Positions 39,579 to 49,601 of a stretch of DNA of 64,000 bases are shown here, in pieces (position 1 is the first letter of the stretch; the number at the start of each line of letters is the position of its first letter). Source of the DNA: Nitrososphaerales archaeon (lineage in GTDB: Archaea > Thermoproteota > Nitrososphaeria_A > Caldarchaeales > Wolframiiraptoraceae); contig JAGDWP010000050.1 of the NCBI GenBank assembly GCA_023269855.1, positions 8,503 through 72,502 of the forward strand, read 5' to 3'. The position numbers and the translations under genes are program-made. The notes beneath the pieces were generated by a model. That model did not search any database. It was not told the origin of the DNA and saw nothing but the letters and a program-made list of their open reading frames with translations.

Positions 39579-39617
39579 AGCTGTTGATAAAAAAGGAGAA
39601 ACTAACTAATAAAGAAT

Positions 39618-40310
39618 TTACTTCCTCCTCATAGAATCATATTCCAGCAATAATCTTCTAACCTCATCATTCGATATATCTCTCCATTCCACGTAGGCAT
39701 CTGCCACAGCAAATATTGTACTGGATCTTATGTTTAAGCAGATGGCTTCATCTATCTTTCCAGAGAGGAGTTTTAATGCTTCAGTAGATGCTGTTGGAAC
39801 TGCTACGATTACTCTTCTACATCCTCTCTTCTTCACTACTTCTACTGCGAGAGACATAGTATATCCAGATGCTAACCCATCATCTGTAATTATGACTATC
39901 CTATCTTTAACATTTAGATCATATTCTCCTAGCCTCCATTCTTTTAACCTAAGTTTTATTTCCTCCAATTCATGGGATATACACTCTGCGACAATCTTTG
40001 GAGAAAGCCTAGTCAACTTAATTAGTTCATAATTTAACAAGTATGTTTCATCCCAGCTTACAGCTCCAAATCCTGCTTCTGGATTCCATGGAAAATGTAT
40101 CTTCCTAACCATTATCAGATTGAATTCTAGATTAAGTTTTTTAGATATGGTTAATCCGAGGGGGACGCCTCCGGAAGGTATGGCTAAGACTACTGTATCT
40201 CTTCTATCTCTATACTCCTGTAATTTCTCAGCAAGTCTTTCACCTGCATCTATTCTATCTCTGAAAACTCTTATCTTTTCTCTTAGTAGAGGATCATCTA
40301 TTATCTTCAT
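39618..40310 (-). CDS. Phosphoribosyltransferase-family protein
   Basis: FRDRIDAG, IPSGGVP, PRPP loop VIITDDGLASGYT. Confidence 0.9.
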   Translation of the reverse strand: MKIIDDPLLREKIRVFRDRIDAGERLAEKLQEYRDRRDTVVLAIPSGGVPLGLTISKKLNLEFNLIMVRKIHFPWNPEAGFGAVSWDETYLLNYELIKLTRLSPKIVAECISHELEEIKLRLKEWRLGEYDLNVKDRIVIITDDGLASGYTMSLAVEVVKKRGCRRVIVAVPTASTEALKLLSGKIDEAICLNIRSSTIFAVADAYVEWRDISNDEVRRLLLEYDSMRRK

Positions 40311-41608
40311 TCTTCTTCTACTGGCTCAATGAGGAGTAAGTCGCTAACTTTACCGACTACCTTTATTCTCTGTCCAGGTTTGACTTCTTTCTTCGATGTG
40401 GCTCTCCAGAGTTCTCCATCCAACTTAACATATCCTTCCGCTCCAGGGCTTATCGGGTCCACTGCTTTACCGTACTCGCTAGGTATCTCTCTCAAGTATG
40501 GTTTACTTCTTACGGCTTGTATTGCTTTATAGATTAAGAAACCGAAGAAGAAAGAGATGAGGATCAATATGATCGATATAGTTTTGAGAAGCTCGTTAAA
40601 CCATAATTGGGAGATAAGTTGTTCCCTCGGAGGAGATCCAGCTATCAACACTATCCCTATACCTAGGGACAATATTCCACCAACAGCTACTGCACCGAAA
40701 GTATGTGTGAAGACTTCGTACACGAGTAATGCTGCACCTATACCTATCAATAACAAGCCTATTAAGTTTACATCGAATCCTTGACCGATCAATCCTAATA
40801 AGATAAGTATGCCGCCCGCAACCTCTGCACCCCATCCTGGCGAGGCGAAACCGAGTATCAATGTCATTATTCCTACTGCGAGGAGGATCGAGGATATAAG
40901 AGGGTTGGAGAGAGCCTCCATAAAGTAGACGTTCAAAGGTTTATCAACTTCTATTATAAGACTGTCTCTAGTTTCTATTTTAACTATTTTATCGCCTATC
41001 GTTACATTCCAGCCATTTATCTTATCTAAGAATTCTCTAGGGTTTCTAGCTACAACCTCTATAACTTTTTTCTTTAATGCTTCTTCAGGTCCTAGAACCA
41101 AGTTCTTCGTTACAAATAGCCTAGCCACTGATTCATTCCTATTATTCATTCGTGCAAGAGACGCGATTTTTTCAGTTAGGAAATTGATGGTTTTCGTATC
41201 GTTTACAGGTGTTCCACCTACAACTGGTTGGCATGCGCCTATCTGTGTATATGGGGCCATGCCTGCGATCTTACAGGCCATTAGTATGTATGTTCCAGCA
41301 GACATTGCGTTTGCACCTTCAGGATAAACGAAGCAGAAGACAGGTTTCTCAGAGTTTTGGATATGCTTAATAATCTCGAGCGTGGCCTCTGCTTCTCCAC
41401 CCAGGGTGTCCAGAGTTATTAAGAATAATTCGTAGTCTTCCCACCTCTCGGTAAGAAATGTTTTAACATATTCTGTAGTAGCTGGAGAGATGTATCCTTC
41501 AATCTTCAACCATGCTACTTTTACTTGTTCACCGTTTATGTTTAGAATAAGTATGAATAAATTCAATAGGATTAGTGTTGTAAAGAGTAGCCAGTAACTC
41601 TTCTTCAT
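40307..41608 (-). CDS. NfeD-family membrane protease
   Basis: LDTLGG, AMSAGTYI, IGACQP, TM region, C-terminal GELWRA OB domain. Confidence 0.92.
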   Translation of the reverse strand: MKKSYWLLFTTLILLNLFILILNINGEQVKVAWLKIEGYISPATTEYVKTFLTERWEDYELFLITLDTLGGEAEATLEIIKHIQNSEKPVFCFVYPEGANAMSAGTYILMACKIAGMAPYTQIGACQPVVGGTPVNDTKTINFLTEKIASLARMNNRNESVARLFVTKNLVLGPEEALKKKVIEVVARNPREFLDKINGWNVTIGDKIVKIETRDSLIIEVDKPLNVYFMEALSNPLISSILLAVGIMTLILGFASPGWGAEVAGGILILLGLIGQGFDVNLIGLLLIGIGAALLVYEVFTHTFGAVAVGGILSLGIGIVLIAGSPPREQLISQLWFNELLKTISIILILISFFFGFLIYKAIQAVRSKPYLREIPSEYGKAVDPISPGAEGYVKLDGELWRATSKKEVKPGQRIKVVGKVSDLLLIEPVEEE

Positions 41609-42390
41609 TCTTTCTTCTCACTCTTGATTACACCTAGGAATGTTCCAAGCTGAGATGAGGCGCTCTCGGTTACAACGATCATATTCTTTTCTCTAGCTAT
41701 CTCACTCCAAGTCTGGAGTTCTCTCAACCTTAATGCTATCGGGCTCCTAGCATAGTATTCTGCTGCTTCCGCCATCTTCTTAGCTGCTTCAAGTTCTCCC
41801 TCAGCCATTATTACCCTGCTTCTTCTCTCTCTTTCAGCTTCAGCTTGCTTAGCCATAGCTCTCTGCATAGCTTCAGGTATTATTACGTCTCTAATAGCTA
41901 CAGCCGTTACTTTGACACCCCATGCTTCAGTAGCTTCATCAAGTATTGCTTGCACTCTTTTACTCAATTCTTCCCTCTTGCTAAGTAGCTCATCTAATTC
42001 TACTTGACCTATTACGTCTCTGAGGGTTGTCTGAGCTAGAAGGCTTGAGGCCATGATGTAGTCTTTTACTTTAACTGCTGCAGCGATTGGGTCGCTGACT
42101 CTGAAGTATACTACTGCGTCAACATCCACGGTAACATTATCTCGAGTTATTATCCTCTGCTTAGGGACATCCATCGTAAGCAGTCTTAAGTCAATTATCC
42201 TCCTTTTATCAATTATTGGTAAGATTACTACTAATCCTGGCCCCTTAGCACCCTTCAATCTACCCACTCTAAAGATCACTACTCTTTCATACTCTGTTAC
42301 AATCTTAATTGATGAGGCCAAAATTATTATAATGAATAATAAGATAAAGAATCCTAGAAAAAGTGTCGCAGGCTGGATCTGACTTATCAT
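41605..42390 (-). CDS. Stomatin/SPFH (band 7) protein
   Basis: EYERVVIFRVG, AQTTLR, QAEAERERR. Confidence 0.95.
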   Translation of the reverse strand: MISQIQPATLFLGFFILLFIIIILASSIKIVTEYERVVIFRVGRLKGAKGPGLVVILPIIDKRRIIDLRLLTMDVPKQRIITRDNVTVDVDAVVYFRVSDPIAAAVKVKDYIMASSLLAQTTLRDVIGQVELDELLSKREELSKRVQAILDEATEAWGVKVTAVAIRDVIIPEAMQRAMAKQAEAERERRSRVIMAEGELEAAKKMAEAAEYYARSPIALRLRELQTWSEIAREKNMIVVTESASSQLGTFLGVIKSEKKE

Positions 42391-42539
42391 TACTTCACCA
42401 CCACCTAATTTTATTTTTGCCCAGATAAATAGTTTAAAGAATTAGACACTCTCGACTGATGTATCCCTAGCTGAAATACGATCAAACGATTTAACAATCC
42501 CATAATCTTTATCTACTGCATCTTAATGTTATTGAAGAT

Positions 42540-42998
42540 ATGGCTGACGAGGAATCAGAAAGAGAGTTTACCGTTAGGATGTTTATGTCTATTGACCCCT
42601 TGACTGTGAAAGAAGATGCAAGTATTGTTGAGATCGCTAGAAGCATGGCGGATAGAGGGGTAGGAGCATGCTTTGTTGAGAGAGATGGAAAAGTCGTTGG
42701 GATAATTACTGAAAGAGACATCGTCAGACGAGTAGTTGCAAAAAACCTCGATGCTTCAAAGACTAGAGCTCTGGAGATTATGTCTAAACCTATCATAGCT
42801 GTAGATCCTGATACGAGTGTAGAAGATGCATTACGGGTTATGTCAGAAAAGAAGATAAGGAGACTAGCAGTTATAGAGAAGAATGTACTAGTAGGGATAG
42901 TAACTATATCCGACCTAGCTAAGGCTCTTCTACAGAAAGTCGAGATCGTAAACATGTTCGTACGTGCAGCTACTCGTGAACTCCCAATGTATGGTTAA
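42540..42998 (+). CDS. CBS-pair protein
   Basis: GIITERD, IRRLAV, GIVTISD. Confidence 0.9.
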   Translation: MADEESEREFTVRMFMSIDPLTVKEDASIVEIARSMADRGVGACFVERDGKVVGIITERDIVRRVVAKNLDASKTRALEIMSKPIIAVDPDTSVEDALRVMSEKKIRRLAVIEKNVLVGIVTISDLAKALLQKVEIVNMFVRAATRELPMYG

Positions 42999-43053
42999 CC
43001 CAGTTAAGCGAAGACATAATTTGTAGATGAACATCTATAATCATTAGAGAAGA

Positions 43054-43758
43054 ATGGCGATAGTTCGCGTAGGTACTTCAGGATACAGTTATTTCTGGAA
43101 TCCTGAAAAACGTAGCCCATTCAAATGGTATGTTATGCAGAATTTCAAGAGTGTTGAGATTAATGCTTCGTTCTATTCTTTCCCTAGAAAGAGTTGGATA
43201 ATTAGTTGGCTGAAGAATTCTCCTGAAGATTTTGACTTCAGTATAAAAGTTCATAGAAGTATAACACATTTATCTAGAATGAGTGAGAAATCACTATCAA
43301 TCTGGGAGAAGTTTTATCAAACATTTAAACCATTAGAGAGCAGAATAGTCTTCTGGCTCTTCCAGTTCCCAGCATATTTTAGAGCAACCTATGAAAATCT
43401 TATGAGAATACGTGTATTCATGAAGGAGACGGGGTTGGGAAGCTCAGCTGTAATGGAATTCCGTGAACCTAGATGGTGGAAATTCAAGACACAGATAGAA
43501 GATGCTGGAGCGGTATTCTGCTCTGTTGACGCACCTAACTTACCAAGGGAAGTTTTATCCTCAAATAACGTTGTCTATTTGAGGATTCATGGTAGAACAT
43601 ATTGGTACTCATATTATTACAATGATAGAGAGCTAGAGGAGATAGCGGAGAAAGTTAAGAAAACTATTTGCGAGAAGAAATACATATACTTTAACAATGA
43701 TCATGGGATGCTAGAGAATGCTCTAAAAATGAAAAAATTATTGGAGGAAGATAGATGA
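43054..43758 (+). CDS. DUF72-family protein
   Basis: VGTSGY, VEINASFY, FSIK..R.ITH, LFQFP, YLRIHG, YFNND. Confidence 0.92.
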   Translation: MAIVRVGTSGYSYFWNPEKRSPFKWYVMQNFKSVEINASFYSFPRKSWIISWLKNSPEDFDFSIKVHRSITHLSRMSEKSLSIWEKFYQTFKPLESRIVFWLFQFPAYFRATYENLMRIRVFMKETGLGSSAVMEFREPRWWKFKTQIEDAGAVFCSVDAPNLPREVLSSNNVVYLRIHGRTYWYSYYYNDRELEEIAEKVKKTICEKKYIYFNNDHGMLENALKMKKLLEEDR

Positions 43759-44573
43759 GAAGAGATTTTGAACCATATATTCCAGAACAGATCATAGATT
43801 ACTTTGAACCTATATCTGGATTAAAAGCCAAAATAATTGGGAACTATCTATTATACATAAACGGAGAAACAGTGGCGATTATCGGATACCCGATCAATGG
43901 AGAATATGATGAAAAAGAAGTTACTCAGATATTTCAAAGTTATTTTGAGGAAAAGAAGTCAATGAGGATAGTTATCATAGCTCCTAAACTACCATCTACT
44001 CTAGTCTTTGAAGAGGTAAAGACAGATAATTATTACAGGTTAATGCTCCCCGTCAAGCATCTTAGCAAGAAGATAAGGTACATGGTCTCGAGAGCATTTA
44101 GAGAGTTAGCTATAGAGGTTGGCAAGAACTTGACAAACAGTCATAGGGAGATTATGAGAGATTTCTTGAACAGACCTGACGTCGACGAATTCATGGATTA
44201 CGTCTGTAGCCGCTTAGACCTCTATCTCTCTAGATCTAAAACAGTTAAAATCATTAATGCATTTAATAAAACTGGTAGATTAGTAGGCTTCGATATAGTT
44301 GATCTTCCTCCAGGTCGATATTCTTTCTATATGTTTAACTTCATTGATAGGAATGGTGGATATGTTCCAGGGGTTTCAGACCTTATGATGCATCATTTTC
44401 TAAAGATCTCTGAAGAAGAAGGGAAACTCTATGTAAATATGGGGCTCGGCATTAATGAGGGTGTGAAAAGATTTAAGGTCAAATGGGGAGCTGAACCTTT
44501 TCTACCCTATCAATACGGCGTCGTTAAGCGTAGCGATATTTCAAGAATATTCGAAATATTCTCAAAGCTGTGA
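43755..44573 (+). CDS. GNAT/FemAB/DUF2156-like acyltransferase-fold protein
   Basis: PGVSDLMM...YVNMGLGINEGVKRFKVKWG C-terminus; ATGA overlap with the DUF72 gene. Confidence 0.6.
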   Translation: MRRDFEPYIPEQIIDYFEPISGLKAKIIGNYLLYINGETVAIIGYPINGEYDEKEVTQIFQSYFEEKKSMRIVIIAPKLPSTLVFEEVKTDNYYRLMLPVKHLSKKIRYMVSRAFRELAIEVGKNLTNSHREIMRDFLNRPDVDEFMDYVCSRLDLYLSRSKTVKIINAFNKTGRLVGFDIVDLPPGRYSFYMFNFIDRNGGYVPGVSDLMMHHFLKISEEEGKLYVNMGLGINEGVKRFKVKWGAEPFLPYQYGVVKRSDISRIFEIFSKL

Positions 44574-44582
44574 ATAATAGAC

Positions 44583-44768
44583 CTAGCTTTTCTTCTCGAC
44601 AGTCTTGAACTTAGTGAAGTGACAGTTTCCACAATAATACCTATCTTCATGTTCAGCCATTATGTATCCATCTCCACATCTTGAGCAGAAGACTACTGTC
44701 TTGATGAGCTTACCATCCTTTACTGTGTATTTCTTGTATAATTTAGCTTGCTTCCCCACTTTTCTCAC
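44583..44768 (-). CDS. rps27ae: 30S ribosomal protein S27ae
   Basis: CSRCG...MAEH.DR.YCG.C. Confidence 0.93.
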   Translation of the reverse strand: MRKVGKQAKLYKKYTVKDGKLIKTVVFCSRCGDGYIMAEHEDRYYCGNCHFTKFKTVEKKS

Positions 44769-45057
44769 CTTCTACAGATAGCAATGCATGCTTTTTCAAT
44801 ATATTTTTCTTCTCAAATTTCCTAGCATATTCTACATTGTCATATATGTGAACATGTATTCTTGCTTTCCGGGAACCGAAGATGCTCTCTATTTTCTCCA
44901 CTATTATGTTTTCAGCAGGTGCATCAAATTGTTTAGAAATGAATTCTCTGACTTCTTCCCGTTTAGGTGTTGAAGATTCATACCCGATTATAAGTTTAAG
45001 CTCTCTCCTATTTAGTAGCTTGTTATACCAGTCTACCTCGATTTTATCTATCTTCAT
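44743..45057 (-). CDS. rps24e: 30S ribosomal protein S24e
   Basis: NKLLNRRE, TPKR, FG...IY...KFE. Confidence 0.92.
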   Translation of the reverse strand: MKIDKIEVDWYNKLLNRRELKLIIGYESSTPKREEVREFISKQFDAPAENIIVEKIESIFGSRKARIHVHIYDNVEYARKFEKKNILKKHALLSVEGEKSGEAS

Positions 45058-45500
45058 GTTGTCTGAGCCTCCTGCGATTCTTTCTTTGATGGAGATTGGA
45101 CAGGTATGAGGACAGCGTTTATCTGTGCTATAGCATCACTGATAACATTTCCCCTGACTGTCTTCCTTTTCCTAAGCCCCTTCTTCTTTCTCTTCAACCT
45201 TTTCTTCTTCTTTTTCGATGAAGGCTTTTCCCTTGGATGAAATCCTACTCCACCCGATAAAAGTATCCTCACTTTCCTAGGTCCACTAACGTCTGGACGC
45301 ATTGGAAAACCATCTCTATCTGTGCCTCCCGTTATCTTTATCTTGTATCCCTTGAATCCGACTATCGAGCCGTCAATTTCATCCCCTATCTTCTTTCCAA
45401 TGAATAATTGGAAGATTCTTGGATCAAGCTGAATACTCTTCGCTGTTCCATCAGCAGGGTTAGACAATACAAGCTTTGGAGCCGCAGTCTTCTCTGACAT
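45054..45500 (-). CDS. rps6e: 30S ribosomal protein S6e
   Basis: GKKIGD, ITGGTDRDGFPMR, RKTVRGN, QIN. Confidence 0.95.
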   Translation of the reverse strand: MSEKTAAPKLVLSNPADGTAKSIQLDPRIFQLFIGKKIGDEIDGSIVGFKGYKIKITGGTDRDGFPMRPDVSGPRKVRILLSGGVGFHPREKPSSKKKKKRLKRKKKGLRKRKTVRGNVISDAIAQINAVLIPVQSPSKKESQEAQTT

Positions 45501-45578
45501 GTTTTCATCTATCTGAAGGTTTAGCCTACTATATAAACCAGAATAGGAGTGGGATGAATCAAACCACTTTTACATAAT

Positions 45579-47381
45579 TTATCTAGCCCATAAGGGGTTA
45601 ACCGACCTTCTTATCTCAACAATTTCTTCTAAAGCTTTTCTTGAGTCTTCATCTAGCATGTTATAGTATTCTTTCAATAGTAGTCTTGCATCTTGTTCGG
45701 GTATAGCGACATACAGTGTTTCTCCTTCTCTTATATGTCTTCCTACAACAGGCTCCCTCATAGATATGGCGACTTTAGCTCCAGCGCTTGCTTCAGGTAT
45801 ACTTTGACCTTTATCTTGTATCTGTGAGATTGTGCCGACTATTTTCCCCTTAGAATTCATTAATGGATATTTGGGTTTGATTATTCCAGCGAGTATTTCT
45901 ACCCCGACGATTGCGGGTTCGCTTCTTCTAAAAACGTATCCTTCCATTATCTTAATCTTTCCAGGCTTCATTAATGATTCAAAAGTTCTAAGTTTACGGG
46001 ATGTCGTTTCTTTCTCAACCCATTCGAGATAAGCATTTACAAGCCTGAACAATACTGAGTCTTTAAAGATGTGGACCCCTCTATTTCCTGCTTCAATCTC
46101 TAAATCTGAGGGAACTTTTACATTAAAAGCAAGTATTACTCCTTTCAATTCATCCTTCATCCTTACGACTTCAGCTTCTACTATGTCTCTCTTACTGACT
46201 TCGCCTATATCTGCTTTCCTCACAGGGATCCCTTTCTCTTGGAGATACAGAGTAGCGGCCTCAAGGGACCCTAGAGTGTCAGCTTTTACGATAACGCCGA
46301 CCTTATCAGTCGTTATCATGAATTCGCTAACTTCATTCTTTATCTTTTCTAGAACTTCCTGTTCTATGCTAGGTGATGGCACCACATATATTGGTGAGCC
46401 TGCGAGACATTTTTCTAGCTCATCTGCTACAATCTTTACGCCAACTGCTGCTTCAACTTGTTCAACTCGTCTAAACCTATCCCGTGGATCTCTCATCTCA
46501 TCTAACGGTTTAGGCATTAATAGAGCTTTAACCCGTGTAGAGAATGGTCCATCTACACCCATTAAAGCTATTCTATCCCCAGTTCTTAATACTCCATCAC
46601 TTATGATCACGTTTATTGTATGCCCGATCCCTGCCTCTTCCATTACTTCCAAGACGACGCCTTCAGCTGGACCAGTTGAAGTCAGTAATCTATCCTGCAT
46701 AAAGGATTGAGCTAGCCCTAGGAGTATAAGTAGTAAGTCTGGAATCCCCTCACCCGTCTTCGCACTTACTGGAACTATGGCGAGAGTTCTAGTAAAATCT
46801 CTTATCCTAGTATACAGGTCTGCTTTGAACCCGAAGAATGATAGTTCTCCAATTAATTCATATATTCTCTTCTCTAATTCTTCTTGCGTGTACTTACTCT
46901 GTAACTCGAATGTTTTACTGAAGGGTGCTAATTCATTTGGTCTCCATCCTGGAATAAGGTCGATCTTGTTTGCTGCAACTATGAAGGGGGTACGTCTAGA
47001 CTTTAACAATTGTATACATTCTCTCGTCTGCTCTTGAACACCGTTAACAACATCTATAACAAGGATTGCTAAGTCAGCAATGGATCCTCCCCTCTTCCTC
47101 AAATTCGAGAAAGCAGCATGTCCAGGAGTATCGATAAAGAGTAATCCAGGAATCTTAAGTTTCTCTATCTTCACCTCTCCGATAAGAGCTCTACAAGTTT
47201 CTATTACAGCCTCCAGTGGGAATAGGCTTGCTCCAATGTGTTGGGTTATTCCTCCTGCTTCTCTAACTGCGACAACCGTCCCTCTCATTTTATCCAATAA
47301 CGATGTCTTACCATGATCCACGTGACCTAAGACAACAACTATGGGTTGACGAAGCCGCATACTCAATAACGCTACCTCCAC
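45579..47381 (-). CDS. infB: Translation initiation factor aIF5B/IF-2
   Basis: GHVDHGKT, GGITQHIGA, DTPGH, NKID, KADTLGSLEA; true start probably 47360-47366; no intein. Confidence 0.97.
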   Translation of the reverse strand: MEVALLSMRLRQPIVVVLGHVDHGKTSLLDKMRGTVVAVREAGGITQHIGASLFPLEAVIETCRALIGEVKIEKLKIPGLLFIDTPGHAAFSNLRKRGGSIADLAILVIDVVNGVQEQTRECIQLLKSRRTPFIVAANKIDLIPGWRPNELAPFSKTFELQSKYTQEELEKRIYELIGELSFFGFKADLYTRIRDFTRTLAIVPVSAKTGEGIPDLLLILLGLAQSFMQDRLLTSTGPAEGVVLEVMEEAGIGHTINVIISDGVLRTGDRIALMGVDGPFSTRVKALLMPKPLDEMRDPRDRFRRVEQVEAAVGVKIVADELEKCLAGSPIYVVPSPSIEQEVLEKIKNEVSEFMITTDKVGVIVKADTLGSLEAATLYLQEKGIPVRKADIGEVSKRDIVEAEVVRMKDELKGVILAFNVKVPSDLEIEAGNRGVHIFKDSVLFRLVNAYLEWVEKETTSRKLRTFESLMKPGKIKIMEGYVFRRSEPAIVGVEILAGIIKPKYPLMNSKGKIVGTISQIQDKGQSIPEASAGAKVAISMREPVVGRHIREGETLYVAIPEQDARLLLKEYYNMLDEDSRKALEEIVEIRRSVNPLWAR

Positions 47382-47469
47382 TAAAGATTTCTTTAAACTA
47401 AATTAAAACTATTATTAGCTTCACTCATCTTCAAATTTTAAGGAAGATATTACCGCGTTTCATTCATAT

Positions 47470-48468
47470 TCATTCTAAGATAGATACGTTTTTAAGTGGT
47501 TTCACAGTTGAGGGTTTGTAGAATGGTTCTCTAAGCATGACCGCTCTGATGAATAGTTTCTCAAGTTCTTCATCTGATGCTCCAGCTCTCATAGGTGTTA
47601 AGAAGTCTACTAAGTTGTCGTTCCGCATTAAGCATGGCTTGAATTTTCCATCATGAGTTATTCTTATCCTATCATCGTTCATGCAGAACTCATAGTTATT
47701 GTTAGGTCTAACAACTTCAACCCATACATCATTAGGTAAGAGATACTGTTTCCTCATGTGAAGACTTCTAGTAACAGTTTTTACAGCTGTTTTCTCAAAC
47801 CTCTCTTCGAGCTCTCTTAAGCTATAATAGTATTTATTGAAGAATTCTGTATTTGCTGCACCTTCTTCTACTAATTCTATCAACTGTAAGATGACTTTGC
47901 TCCCGAACTGTGAGGCAAAATCTATTAGACTATCTATTTCATTATGGTTTACATTTTTCATGATGACAACATTTAGTTTTACAGGTGCTAGACCAGCTTC
48001 AACCGCTGACCTTATCGCGTCAACTGTGTATTCAAATCTAGTGCTTCCCTCACTTCTAGTCGCTGTACCTGTTATCCAGCAATATTTTTCCCTGCTCACT
48101 GTATGGAGACTTATGTTAACTCTTGTCATTCCTGCTCTTCTAAGCTTCTTGGCCATGGATACTAGCCGAGTACCATTAGTAGTCATGCTTAAATCGTCTA
48201 GACCCAGTTTTCCAAGGCGTTCAACTATTTCTAGAATGTCTCTACGGAGCATTGGTTCACCTCCACTCAGTTTAACTTTTCTTATATTGTACTTGAAGAG
48301 GAGTCTAACAATTCTCTCAATTTCTTCAGGGGTCATAAGTGTATCAGATTCAGAAGTGACTACTCCCTCCATGTGGCAGAAGATGCATCTGAAATTACAG
48401 CTATAACTTGGATTAACAGAAACTCTAAGACCCTTTAATGGTCTATTGTATCTATCAATTATCAGCAA
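47470..48468 (-). CDS. moaA: GTP 3',8-cyclase (radical SAM)
   Basis: DRYNRP, CNFRCIFCH.EG, GGEP, TTNG, RIT.DGK.KPCL; TTG at 48468 preferred over 48510. Confidence 0.93.
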   Translation of the reverse strand: MLIIDRYNRPLKGLRVSVNPSYSCNFRCIFCHMEGVVTSESDTLMTPEEIERIVRLLFKYNIRKVKLSGGEPMLRRDILEIVERLGKLGLDDLSMTTNGTRLVSMAKKLRRAGMTRVNISLHTVSREKYCWITGTATRSEGSTRFEYTVDAIRSAVEAGLAPVKLNVVIMKNVNHNEIDSLIDFASQFGSKVILQLIELVEEGAANTEFFNKYYYSLRELEERFEKTAVKTVTRSLHMRKQYLLPNDVWVEVVRPNNNYEFCMNDDRIRITHDGKFKPCLMRNDNLVDFLTPMRAGASDEELEKLFIRAVMLREPFYKPSTVKPLKNVSILE

Positions 48469-48567
48469 GATCCAATTATTCCTCCAATGCTTTAGTAAAA
48501 GATTCCGCAATCAAGAATATAAATTATTTCGACATTAACAATTTGTAGAACTAGAGGAGGAGAATAG

Positions 48568-49566
48568 TTGCGTAATGATGAAAAAATCGTGTTAGGCATA
48601 GAGTCTACAGCTCATACTTTCGGAGTTGGAATTGCAACAACGATGGGAAGAGTACTTGCAAATGTTAAAAGCGTCTATACCCCAAAGTCAGGCGGTATCC
48701 ACCCAAGAGAAGCCGCACAACACCATTCACATCTAGCTCCCGAGAAAATTAAGGAAGCATTAAAAGTAAGTGGAATAGCACCTTCTCAGATAAATGCAGT
48801 AGCTTTTTCATCTGGACCAGGTATGGGACCATGCTTAAGGGTTGGAGCAACTATTGCTAGAGCATTGTCCCTTAAATTAAGTGTTCCATTAATATCTGTA
48901 AATCATGGAGTGGCCCATATTGAGATAGGTAGATTGACGACTGGATGTAGAGATCCAGTAGTCTTATACGTTGCGGGTGGAAACACTCTTGTAACCTCTT
49001 ACAAGGATGGGAGATATAGAATATTTGGAGAAACATTGGACATCGCTGCTGGAAACTGTCTCGACGCATTCGGGGTTACCACAGGTTTAGGGTTGATGCC
49101 GAATCCTGAGATAAAATCTTATGAAGGGAAAAAATTCTATTATCTACCATACAAGGTCAAGGGTATGGATGTATCTTTTTCAGGAGTATTAACTGCCGCT
49201 CTAAAATTGTTTAGAGAAGGGGTTAGATTAGAAGATGTCTGCTATAGTTTAGTTGAGACTGTTTACAGCATGTTGACAGAAGTAACTGAACGTGCTCTCG
49301 CATTTACGGGGAAGAAGGAAGTCTTGATAGTTGGAGGATTGTCGAGAAGTAAGAGGTTGAAGGAGATGATGATGGAGATGGTGAAGCTTCATGATGCAAA
49401 ACTCTTAGTTGTCCCCGAAGAATATGCGGGAGATAATGGAGCAATGATAGCTTGGACTGGTGCACTCCAGCTCTTAACAAATCAGACTATATCTATTGAA
49501 GATAGCAAGGTTAGACCTAGATACAGAATCGATGAAGTTGAAATAAAATGGTTTAATTACCTATAG
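48568..49566 (+). CDS. kae1: KEOPS complex t6A threonylcarbamoyltransferase Kae1
   Basis: GIESTAHT, HPREAAQHH, GPG.GPCL, NH...HIE, DNGAMIA. Confidence 0.96.
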   Translation: MRNDEKIVLGIESTAHTFGVGIATTMGRVLANVKSVYTPKSGGIHPREAAQHHSHLAPEKIKEALKVSGIAPSQINAVAFSSGPGMGPCLRVGATIARALSLKLSVPLISVNHGVAHIEIGRLTTGCRDPVVLYVAGGNTLVTSYKDGRYRIFGETLDIAAGNCLDAFGVTTGLGLMPNPEIKSYEGKKFYYLPYKVKGMDVSFSGVLTAALKLFREGVRLEDVCYSLVETVYSMLTEVTERALAFTGKKEVLIVGGLSRSKRLKEMMMEMVKLHDAKLLVVPEEYAGDNGAMIAWTGALQLLTNQTISIEDSKVRPRYRIDEVEIKWFNYL

Positions 49567-49601
49567 AATATACCATAGATAATCATCGAGTGCACTTATT
49601 T

